NCBI GenBank assembly: GCA_016191105.1
Contig: JACPPH010000006.1
Span: forward strand, 32,670-96,669
Direction: 5' to 3'
Length of the DNA stretch: 64,000 nt
Source: Candidatus Saccharimonadota bacterium
GTDB taxonomy: Bacteria; Patescibacteriota; Saccharimonadia; CAILAD01; BJGX01
Under the pieces are notes generated by a model, which made no database searches, was not told the origin of the DNA, and saw only the letters and a list, made by a program, of their open reading frames with translations. Position 1 is the first letter of the stretch, and the number at the start of each line of letters is the position of its first letter. The translations under genes were made by a program, and so were the position numbers. Shown here piece by piece: positions 48,568 to 56,774 of the stretch.

Positions 48568-50850
48568 GTGAATACATTTCGAAAATTAGTAACCGGCGTT
48601 AGTTCGGGTACTACCCCCGTTAGCAGACTGAAGTTTTATGGCAGCCGCCTAGCCCAAGAGGCGGCAACTCGAAAGATTGCAACAGTCTTAATGATTGGCT
48701 TGCTTATATTTCAGGTGGCGGTTTTTCTTTTCCCGCCAACCTCGGCCAGGGCTAACCAGTGCTCAGAAAATAATATCATTCGACCCTGTGGCATAACAGA
48801 CACTAGTAATCAGGGAGTGCTAAATGCTCTTAAGGGACCCGACAATGCAATTCAGCTTATGAATCAGCTAGGGGTGACAGACAGCGATGTTTTAAATGGC
48901 ACCCCTAATCAAACCGTTTGTAAAGGTCAAAATCCGCTTTCTATGGGTCGGGAGGCCGGTAGCGGTGGTTCCTGGTTATTCCCGGGGCATACAGACATTT
49001 ATGTAGGGCCTGCCAGCAGCAGATGGCAGCAAGAATGTTTCTCGGCAGAATTACTCGGCAACAAGGTGCGAGGCAGCGATATTGGTACTGGCGATCCCAA
49101 CCAGTGGTACCAGGTCGGCATTCTATATGCTTGTGGCAACTTGGTGTTTATACCAACCAGCCCGCCTTCAAAATCAATAGCTTGTACCTCCCTAGAAGCG
49201 GCACCATTGGCAGTCGACGTAAACCAGCCTATAAAACTAACTGGCCGGGCAAGTGGCCAAAATATTCCCAACGGCGAACTGGTCGATATGTCGTACCTTG
49301 TATACAGAGGCACCAATCCATCTGTAAATACAACGCCACTAGTTACAAAACTTGAGTCCAAAGGAATACCGTGGAACGGCACAGAGTTTATCGATGACAA
49401 TCCGCCTAAGCAGTTCCAGACAGATCAGCCTGATACCTATACTATTTTATTGGCCGTTGGCTATAACAATAATGGAGCACCTGCGCTAGCTCCAGGCTCA
49501 GGTGTAAATGAATGCCAAAAAGTTGTTACCGTAAAGCAACCGGCACAGCCCACAATTGTTTGCCAGAACCTGAGCATTGCCCCTACTACGCTTGCAGGTG
49601 GACAGCCGCTGTCCAATCTAACCGGTACAGCACAGCTAAAAAATTCCAACGACCCTAATGAGCTAGCTGACATGTCGTTTATATTCCGTGAAAAACAAGC
49701 CGATGGCAGCTTTACTGAGGTGCCTGATGCTAAAGGTAAGAGTAGGCTTGAGGCAGCTGGATTACAGCCTAGCGGCACCGGTATTTACACCGCTGTCAAG
49801 CCAAGTTCAGGCGATTCAAATGATACATTCTTTATGCCCACGAGCACACAGCAAAAAACGTACCAGGTATTCTTAAGAATATACTGGCGTGGCCATCAGA
49901 CTGTTTCCGATGCCTTTAGTGTGCCAGCCTGCCAAAAAGAAATTACAGTGCCACCAGTACAGAACTTTGCTTGCTCTAGCCTAAAGGCGAATCCAACCAG
50001 TGGTAGTGCTCCGCTCGACGTTAACTTCGATGCTGCAGGCATAGCTACCAACACCACTGTTTCAGCTTTTAAGTTCGATTACGGTGATGGCCAAAATCAA
50101 ACCGTAAATACCAACCAGCCAACCGCCAGGGCAGTTCACAAATATACCAAAGGAGGAAGATACACGGCCTCAGTAATTATGCAAACTGCTGCGGGGACGA
50201 CGTCTGTAGTTCCGGTCTGCCAGGCGGTCGTAACAGTTAACGAAAGTGATTTTGCCAAGATTGCTGCCAATATAACCCTGCTTACGTCTGACAGGCAGCC
50301 GACCGATGCCAATGGTGCTGTAGCAAGGGCAGGCGACCAATTGCGCTACACGATCGGTGTTCAAAACAAGGGCGGCGATGTTATAAGGGGCTTTGTGTTT
50401 GATGATGATATAACCGACATATTGGTCTACGCGGATGTAGTTGATCCAGGTGGTGCCCAGGCAGTTAAGCAAGGCGCAACCACTAAATTGGTTTGGGCTC
50501 CGATTGACATACCGGTGGGCACGAGTAGTAGCCCAGGAACAGTCACCAAGCAGTTTACAGTTAAACTTAAAGACCCTATCCCGTTTGTTGCCCAGAAGAC
50601 TACCGATCTACCGGGTACAAACGACTGCCAATTAACCAATACATTTCGTAGCAAAGTGGTTGTAACTCCGCTAGGCGTTGATATCAACAAGCAAATTGAG
50701 TGCGTAACCAAGCAGCTTCCGCAAACTGGTGCGGGCTGGAGTATAGTAATTATGGCTATGCTAGCGGCTGCTTCATTCTTCTTGTTATTGCGCAACCGAT
50801 TGCTCAAGCGTGAGCTACAATTAGTTGAAACACTAACGGAGGGAGCATAA
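48568..50850 (+). CDS. Surface protein with Ig-like/PKD and DUF11-like domains and an LPxTG sorting signal
   Basis: GSAPLDVNF..FDYGDG..HKY..GRYT PKD pattern; GDQLRYTI; LPQTG followed by TM and basic tail. Confidence 0.8.
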   Translation: MNTFRKLVTGVSSGTTPVSRLKFYGSRLAQEAATRKIATVLMIGLLIFQVAVFLFPPTSARANQCSENNIIRPCGITDTSNQGVLNALKGPDNAIQLMNQLGVTDSDVLNGTPNQTVCKGQNPLSMGREAGSGGSWLFPGHTDIYVGPASSRWQQECFSAELLGNKVRGSDIGTGDPNQWYQVGILYACGNLVFIPTSPPSKSIACTSLEAAPLAVDVNQPIKLTGRASGQNIPNGELVDMSYLVYRGTNPSVNTTPLVTKLESKGIPWNGTEFIDDNPPKQFQTDQPDTYTILLAVGYNNNGAPALAPGSGVNECQKVVTVKQPAQPTIVCQNLSIAPTTLAGGQPLSNLTGTAQLKNSNDPNELADMSFIFREKQADGSFTEVPDAKGKSRLEAAGLQPSGTGIYTAVKPSSGDSNDTFFMPTSTQQKTYQVFLRIYWRGHQTVSDAFSVPACQKEITVPPVQNFACSSLKANPTSGSAPLDVNFDAAGIATNTTVSAFKFDYGDGQNQTVNTNQPTARAVHKYTKGGRYTASVIMQTAAGTTSVVPVCQAVVTVNESDFAKIAANITLLTSDRQPTDANGAVARAGDQLRYTIGVQNKGGDVIRGFVFDDDITDILVYADVVDPGGAQAVKQGATTKLVWAPIDIPVGTSSSPGTVTKQFTVKLKDPIPFVAQKTTDLPGTNDCQLTNTFRSKVVVTPLGVDINKQIECVTKQLPQTGAGWSIVIMAMLAAASFFLLLRNRLLKRELQLVETLTEGA

Positions 50851-50851
50851 G

Positions 50852-51469
50852 ATGGCTGAAAAAGGTGGCGAAGAACTCCAGGGAGTAGGTAGCGAGCAGC
50901 AGGGCGAGAAGCTTCAGGCCGAATTAAGTGCCGAAAGGAAAAGTGCCAAGGCCACAGAGCGCGAGATTAAATCTTCTAAAGCAGAGCTTGAAAAAAGCGG
51001 TGAAAAAGCCGAGAAAAAATTAGCTCGTGAGGCCGAGAAAGAAGCCACCGAAGCTAATTTAGCCAAAAAATCTGAAGCTTCTGAAGCCAAAAAGGCTAAG
51101 CAGGCCGAAAAATCAGAAAAAAAAGAACCAATAGTAGCCGCCACACCCAAAGAGCGTAATCGAGCCTACAAAAAAGAAATGCGCAAGGTTCAGGCGCAAC
51201 TCTCACCAGGCTCTAGAATGTTTTCTAAGGTTGTACATAACCGAGCCGTAGAGGTCACCAGCAATGTGGCCGAAAAAACAGTTGTTCGTTCGTCGGTGTT
51301 GATTGGTGGTACGGTTGTGGGCATTATACTTGGCGGCCTAGTGTACTTTTCTGCTAATCGGTATGGTTACGGATTGCCCAATTGGTCGTTGGTATTCTTT
51401 TTAATAATGGGTGGTGTATTGGGTGTAGTAATTGAATTTTTACTCAAAGCCACACGCTCTACTAAGTAA
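50852..51469 (+). CDS. Hypothetical protein: charged coiled coil plus two C-terminal TM helices
   Basis: E/K/A-rich helix; two Gly-rich hydrophobic segments. Confidence 0.75.
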   Translation: MAEKGGEELQGVGSEQQGEKLQAELSAERKSAKATEREIKSSKAELEKSGEKAEKKLAREAEKEATEANLAKKSEASEAKKAKQAEKSEKKEPIVAATPKERNRAYKKEMRKVQAQLSPGSRMFSKVVHNRAVEVTSNVAEKTVVRSSVLIGGTVVGIILGGLVYFSANRYGYGLPNWSLVFFLIMGGVLGVVIEFLLKATRSTK

Positions 51470-51565
51470 TATATTACATCTAGCAACATAGTGGTTTGAC
51501 CTGGCCTGCTGGTGCTTATAATGGTAATATTGTAAGCATAAGAATATTCAATTATAGGTTGGGCT

Positions 51566-52405
51566 TTGAATCTTAGTGTTTTCAAGAGTGGCTTGAGGTT
51601 TTTGGGGTGCTTTTTTGGCACTGTTTTAGTTTTAATACTTGTGGCTCAAGCCTCTACTGCCGCAACGGTCTCTCAGGGCTATCAAAGCAACGACATATTG
51701 GTTACTGGCAACATTGTGAGCACAAATAGCAATGCCAACAATTACCAGGTTCAGCTTGCTACTACTGATAATTTTAACAATCTTTTGGGTATAGTGGTGA
51801 CGCCGAATTCTACTCTGCTCAGCATAGACAATACCTCGAGCTCAGCTCAGGTGGCAAGCAGCGGTGTTGCAAATGGCTTTGTCAGCGACATTAATGGCAA
51901 TATCAGCAAAGGTGACGCAGTTGCCATTTCTCCTATAGCAGGTGTAGGGATGAAGGCTACGCAACCAACGCGAATAGTTGGTGTTGCTCAAGCCGATTTT
52001 AAGTCGGCTACAAATGTACAGTCAAAAAATCTAGTAGATAAGCAGGGTCAATCTAAGCAAGTCCGAGTTGGGTTAATCCCGGTCTTGGTGAACGTTGGCG
52101 ATTATCAGCCCAGCAATTATTCTGGCAATTCTGCGGTTGTACGCGGCGTACAGTCGGCCGTTTCTAATCTCGCTGGCCGGTCAGTATCGGCAACCAGAGC
52201 TATGGCGGCTTTTGGGGTCATAACGCTCGCTATTATATTGGCCATTATTGTTTTGTATGCCTCGGTGACCGGGAGTATACGTTCAATTGGCCGAAATCCA
52301 TTGGCCAAGAAATCAGTTTTGCGAAGTTTGGCCCAGGTAATAGTGGCAGTAGGATTAATAATAGTCGCGGCAATCGCAGCCGTATATGTAATAGTAATCG
52401 CTTAA
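51566..52405 (+). CDS. Secreted-domain protein with C-terminal ATP-synthase c-subunit-like hairpin
   Basis: Signal peptide, beta-rich domain, TM-SIGRNPLA-TM; immediately upstream of the alpha-like gene. Confidence 0.65.
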   Translation: MNLSVFKSGLRFLGCFFGTVLVLILVAQASTAATVSQGYQSNDILVTGNIVSTNSNANNYQVQLATTDNFNNLLGIVVTPNSTLLSIDNTSSSAQVASSGVANGFVSDINGNISKGDAVAISPIAGVGMKATQPTRIVGVAQADFKSATNVQSKNLVDKQGQSKQVRVGLIPVLVNVGDYQPSNYSGNSAVVRGVQSAVSNLAGRSVSATRAMAAFGVITLAIILAIIVLYASVTGSIRSIGRNPLAKKSVLRSLAQVIVAVGLIIVAAIAAVYVIVIA

Positions 52406-52411
52406 AACATT

Positions 52412-53812
52412 ATGACAACCACTACAAAAACCCAGTCTGTTTCAAAAGTGCTTTCACGCCAAGGCTTTGTGGTAGAAGCGAACCCGATTGAGGGGATTCA
52501 CTTGCGAGCAACTGTAGAATTCGAGGATGGCACAATCGGCCTGGTTTGGGCTATAGAAGACACCATGAGGGTGTTGCTGCTAAATGATAGCGAAAAGGCC
52601 ACTGTTGGCTCCAAGCTCAAGCCACTACACCGGCAGGTTGCAATCGATTGTGGCGAGCACCTTTTGGGTCAAACAGTCGATTCTTTGGCCAGGCCGCTCG
52701 ATGCTAAAACCAAAGCGACTGCAGGCCAAGCTTTGCCAGTTTTTAATCTGGCGCCAAGCTTTTATGAGCGAGCCGTTGTGGACGCACAACTTGAAACCAG
52801 CGTAAGCTTGGTGGATACGCTCTTCCCCATAGTCAAAGGCCAACGCATAGCGGTCTTGGGCGATGCCAAGTCGGGTAAAACAACTTTTTTAAGCCAAGCT
52901 GCTATTCACCAGGCCCAGAACGATTGCATAATAATCTACGTTGTGATAGCCAAGGCCAAGCACAGTGTCGAAAAACTTAAATATAGACTATATCAGTCGG
53001 GGGCACTTAAGAACACAGTGATTGTGGTGGCCGACAGCTTCGATGCTTTGCCGCTATCGTTTTTGGCCCCCTACACCGGCTGTACTATTGGCGAATGGTT
53101 CTGGCACACCGGTCGCGATGTGGTAGTTATTTATGATGATTTGAGTAATCACGCCAAAATATACCGTGAACTTAGTTTGCTGCTTCGGACGAATCCGGGC
53201 AGAGAGGGTTATCCGGGCAATATGTTCTATACCCACTCCTCGTTATTAGAGCGAGCCGGTAAATTTAAAAAAAGCGGTTTTAGCCAGACAGTTTTAGCCG
53301 CTGGTACAACACCCAACGGCGATATAACTGGTTATTTTCCAACCAATCTAATATCTATGACCGACGGTCAGATCGTATTCGACCTCGAGACTATGCGCAA
53401 GGGAATTAAGCCGGCGGTTAATATTGGCTTGTCGGTTAGTCGTGTAGGTGGTCGCAGCCAAGAGCCCGAAATTCAAGAGCTTTCGGCTCGTGTTATGGAG
53501 GTTTTGGCAGGTTATCGACAGGCTAGCAGTTTTGCAAGGTTTGGTTCACAGCTTTCGGAGGTAGCCGCCAAGCAGCTTAAGCTTGGAGCCAAACTTTATG
53601 AACTGTTTGCTCAAGCGCCAGACCAAGCTTTTAGCCTAGCTGAGCAACGAGTAATGTTAGAAACGATATTTTTAACCAATGACATCGATTCTTTAAATGT
53701 TGGCTGGCTTAAGAGTGTGATCCACGACGTTGTTAAGTATGACCTCAAAACTACCAGTGATTATAAAGCCTTGGCCAAAGAGCTGATTAAAAGTAACCCG
53801 GTGGTTAAATAA
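52412..53812 (+). CDS. atpA: Divergent F1-ATPase alpha-like subunit
   Basis: GDAKSGKT, YDDLS, PGREGYPG, LLERAGK, ISMTDGQ, SVSRVGG. Confidence 0.9.
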   Translation: MTTTTKTQSVSKVLSRQGFVVEANPIEGIHLRATVEFEDGTIGLVWAIEDTMRVLLLNDSEKATVGSKLKPLHRQVAIDCGEHLLGQTVDSLARPLDAKTKATAGQALPVFNLAPSFYERAVVDAQLETSVSLVDTLFPIVKGQRIAVLGDAKSGKTTFLSQAAIHQAQNDCIIIYVVIAKAKHSVEKLKYRLYQSGALKNTVIVVADSFDALPLSFLAPYTGCTIGEWFWHTGRDVVVIYDDLSNHAKIYRELSLLLRTNPGREGYPGNMFYTHSSLLERAGKFKKSGFSQTVLAAGTTPNGDITGYFPTNLISMTDGQIVFDLETMRKGIKPAVNIGLSVSRVGGRSQEPEIQELSARVMEVLAGYRQASSFARFGSQLSEVAAKQLKLGAKLYELFAQAPDQAFSLAEQRVMLETIFLTNDIDSLNVGWLKSVIHDVVKYDLKTTSDYKALAKELIKSNPVVK

Positions 53813-54654
53813 TGGCTAAACCAACAGAAATTTTACGTGCTTACCAAGACACTATCGTGGTTGAAGAGGTCGCCCAGGTGTTTGAAAATGTTGCTTCTGT
53901 CCAGATTAGACGAATTAAAAGCAGGGTTATTGCAAGCCGGGAGTTTTTTCATGAACTGTGGGGAATGTACTCGCAGCTACGGTTAGATAGTAAGCTGAAA
54001 GATGATTTTGGGCCAGCCAAAACCAAAAACCAAGCCGTGCTATTAATCAGCTCAGACAGCGGCCTTTCGGGTTCGATCGATGAACGTCTAGTTGAGACCA
54101 TGATGCAAGAGGTCAACATTCGCTTAGTAGATGTGGTGGTTATCGGTCGGCGTGCGGAACAATTATTGACCCAAAAGCACATGAAAGCCGTTAGCGTTTT
54201 CCCGTTGCCCGACATTACCAAATCAATTCGGATATTGCCGCTGGTGAACTATCTGGCGCCATATAAAAAAGTAACTATATTTTATGAACGATTCGTGTCT
54301 TTGTCGCACCAAGAGATAGTTGCCTTTGAGCTTCAGGAGAGCGTAAAGCGCTTAAGCGAAGCCGAGTCGATTCGCGTAGACACAAACTTAATGTATGCCA
54401 GTGATTATATTTTCGAGCCTAGCCTGGCTGAGGTAGTTCTTTATCTGGAATCCATGATGCAGGCCACTGCCCTTACCGAGATGATTCTGGAGTCAAGATT
54501 GGCTCAGCTAGCCAGTCGCTATACAGCCATGAGCTCGGCTCACGACAATGCCGAGCAGAGAAAAAACCAGCTCAAGCGAGCCTACTCAATTGCTCAACGC
54601 CGAGGCAAAGACCAATTTAACCAAATATTTATTAGTCGGGAGCAGGCTAAATGA
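53812..54654 (+). CDS. atpG: Divergent F1-ATPase gamma-like subunit
   Basis: SSDSGLSG, YIFEPS, ASRYTAMSSAHDNA; lies between the alpha- and beta-like genes. Confidence 0.88.
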   Translation: MAKPTEILRAYQDTIVVEEVAQVFENVASVQIRRIKSRVIASREFFHELWGMYSQLRLDSKLKDDFGPAKTKNQAVLLISSDSGLSGSIDERLVETMMQEVNIRLVDVVVIGRRAEQLLTQKHMKAVSVFPLPDITKSIRILPLVNYLAPYKKVTIFYERFVSLSHQEIVAFELQESVKRLSEAESIRVDTNLMYASDYIFEPSLAEVVLYLESMMQATALTEMILESRLAQLASRYTAMSSAHDNAEQRKNQLKRAYSIAQRRGKDQFNQIFISREQAK

Positions 54655-55958
54655 AAACCTTTGTTGGCAAAGTGGTAAAAATGCGGTGGCTGCTAGTTAC
54701 AGTAGAGTACACAGGCGATAAGCCTCAGATATTTGAGTTGTTAAGCACCGGCAGTAAAAGTTTGCTGCTGGTTTACTGCATAGAGTCAGAGACTAGGCTT
54801 TTGGCTCTTAGTTTAGACCCCAATCTTACCGTAGCCTTGGGCGAAAAAATATCCAGCTTGAATAAGCACATTACACTACCGGTTGGTAGCGACGCTCTAG
54901 GCAGGGTTTTTAATGCCACTGGCACAGCTGTAGATGGCCTGCCGACGCCTAAGTCAACTACTACCATTGAGCTTAAGCCTTACCACGGCAGCGGCAAAAG
55001 TGGCTATGGTACATCTACAGATCTAATAGAAACAGGCATAAAAGTAATTGATTTCTTTGCCCCGTTTGTGCGAGGCCGCAAGATCGGCATAGTTGGTGGC
55101 GCAGGAGTGGGCAAGACTGTGCTTACAACCGAGCTAATGCACAACGTAGCCAGCGCCGATCGGGGCTTATCGTTTTTTGTTGGGATTGGTGAGCGCATAC
55201 GTGAAGCCCATGAGCTGTATAATAATCTGCGCGACAGCGGCCTACTAAAAAACACTGTTATGTATCTTGGCCAAATGAATGAAACGGCGGCTATGCGATC
55301 ATTGGTGGGTTTGAGTGCAGCCGCCAGTGCTCGTTACTTTCGCGACCAAGCCAAACGCGATGTGATATTTTTTGTAGACAATATTTACCGTTACCTGCAA
55401 GCTGGCAATGAGCTTGCTACCACCCTGGGTGAGTTGCCAAGCGAAGGGGGTTACCAGCCGACTCTGTTTTCTGATTTGCTTCAGTTTGAAGAGGGTCTAG
55501 ATACCAATGAATTTGGAGCCATAACTTCGGTCCAGTCGATCTTCATTCCGGCCGACGATCTTTCTGACCCAGCAGTTGTTGAGGTTTATCAGCAGCTCGA
55601 TAGTGTAATTGTACTGAGCCGCGAGGTTATGGAGTCTGGCATATTGCCAGCTGTAGATTTGGTCAACACCAGCTCGTCGTTGCTCTCGCCCGAAATTGTT
55701 GGTGAACGCCACTACTTTTTGGCTTCGCAAGTGGCCCAAATAATGCAAAAATACCAAGCCTTACAAGGAATTATTACGATTATTGGTGAGAGCGAACTAT
55801 CTATAACCGACCGCGTTGACTATAACAAGGCCAAAAGATTAATCGACTACTTTTCACAGTCCCTGTTTGTGACCGAACAGCTAACCGGCAAGAAGGGCCA
55901 GTATGTTGACCGCGAGGCCATGTTGTCGGGAGTTGAGGAGATATTAACCTCGGGATAG
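54651..55958 (+). CDS. atpD: Divergent F1-ATPase beta-like subunit
   Basis: GGAGVGKT, GERIRE, GQMNE, FVDNIYRY, GYQPTL, PADDLSDP. Confidence 0.93.
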   Translation: MKTFVGKVVKMRWLLVTVEYTGDKPQIFELLSTGSKSLLLVYCIESETRLLALSLDPNLTVALGEKISSLNKHITLPVGSDALGRVFNATGTAVDGLPTPKSTTTIELKPYHGSGKSGYGTSTDLIETGIKVIDFFAPFVRGRKIGIVGGAGVGKTVLTTELMHNVASADRGLSFFVGIGERIREAHELYNNLRDSGLLKNTVMYLGQMNETAAMRSLVGLSAAASARYFRDQAKRDVIFFVDNIYRYLQAGNELATTLGELPSEGGYQPTLFSDLLQFEEGLDTNEFGAITSVQSIFIPADDLSDPAVVEVYQQLDSVIVLSREVMESGILPAVDLVNTSSSLLSPEIVGERHYFLASQVAQIMQKYQALQGIITIIGESELSITDRVDYNKAKRLIDYFSQSLFVTEQLTGKKGQYVDREAMLSGVEEILTSG

Positions 55959-55960
55959 TT

Positions 55961-56209
55961 ATGCGGCCAACCTTTGAAGTCAAGATATTCTCACCATTTG
56001 AGACATACTATCAAGGCCAAGCTTACAGCTTATCGGCCAATAATGCCAGCGGACCATTTGATGTGCTGGCCGGCCACGCTAACTTTATCTGCCTGCTTTT
56101 ACCAGGCCCAGTGCGCATTGATACGCCCTATGGCCAGCGTGAGTACAATCTGACGCGTGGAATTGTTAGGGTTAATCAGAGTAAAGTTACACTGTTCGCC
56201 AATGTTTAA
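55961..56209 (+). CDS. atpC: F1-ATPase epsilon-like subunit, N-terminal domain only
   Basis: GPFDVLAGHANFI motif; 82 aa. Confidence 0.8.
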   Translation: MRPTFEVKIFSPFETYYQGQAYSLSANNASGPFDVLAGHANFICLLLPGPVRIDTPYGQREYNLTRGIVRVNQSKVTLFANV

Positions 56210-56213
56210 AGCC

Positions 56214-56687
56214 ATGAAGTGGAAGAAGCCACCTTTAAACAAAGTCTACGAGGCATTGGCTGTAATTGCTGATGGCAGAATTAAAATAACTGGCAATACA
56301 GCTCAAATCGTCTCAAGCAGCGGTAATAAAACCTATCAAGTAATTTATAGCCCCAAAAAAAATGCAATCACCGCCAACGACAACGGTAGCTTTTGGCAGG
56401 GCTACTTGGGCTATACCTGCATAGCCTTTTTACTCAAGAAGGGATTGGTTGAATTTGATCATGGCCTAGCTAAATATTTAAAGGGATTTATGTGGAAAGA
56501 CATGGCTGGTCGTTTTAAGCACGATTATAATCAGATAGATGCCTTTGTTGAGCAAGAAATAGCCAAAAAGCACCCAAACTTTAACTTGGCCGAGTTTCAT
56601 AAGCAACTAGAGAAAATATTGGCCGATGCTATGAAGCTAGACCTAAATAGGCTCCGATCGCCCAAAAAACCACCAGCCGGCTATTAA
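56214..56687 (+). CDS. Hypothetical protein
   Basis: Starts 4 bp after the epsilon-like gene; KVYEAL..SSSGNKTY..NDNGSFWQGYLGY. Confidence 0.7.
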   Translation: MKWKKPPLNKVYEALAVIADGRIKITGNTAQIVSSSGNKTYQVIYSPKKNAITANDNGSFWQGYLGYTCIAFLLKKGLVEFDHGLAKYLKGFMWKDMAGRFKHDYNQIDAFVEQEIAKKHPNFNLAEFHKQLEKILADAMKLDLNRLRSPKKPPAGY

Positions 56688-56774
56688 AATTGAGCTATTT
56701 TTATCTGGAAATCAGCTTGCTAAAGCTAACCATAAGCGATACAATTGTTGTAGCCTTAACTACATGGAGTCAAG

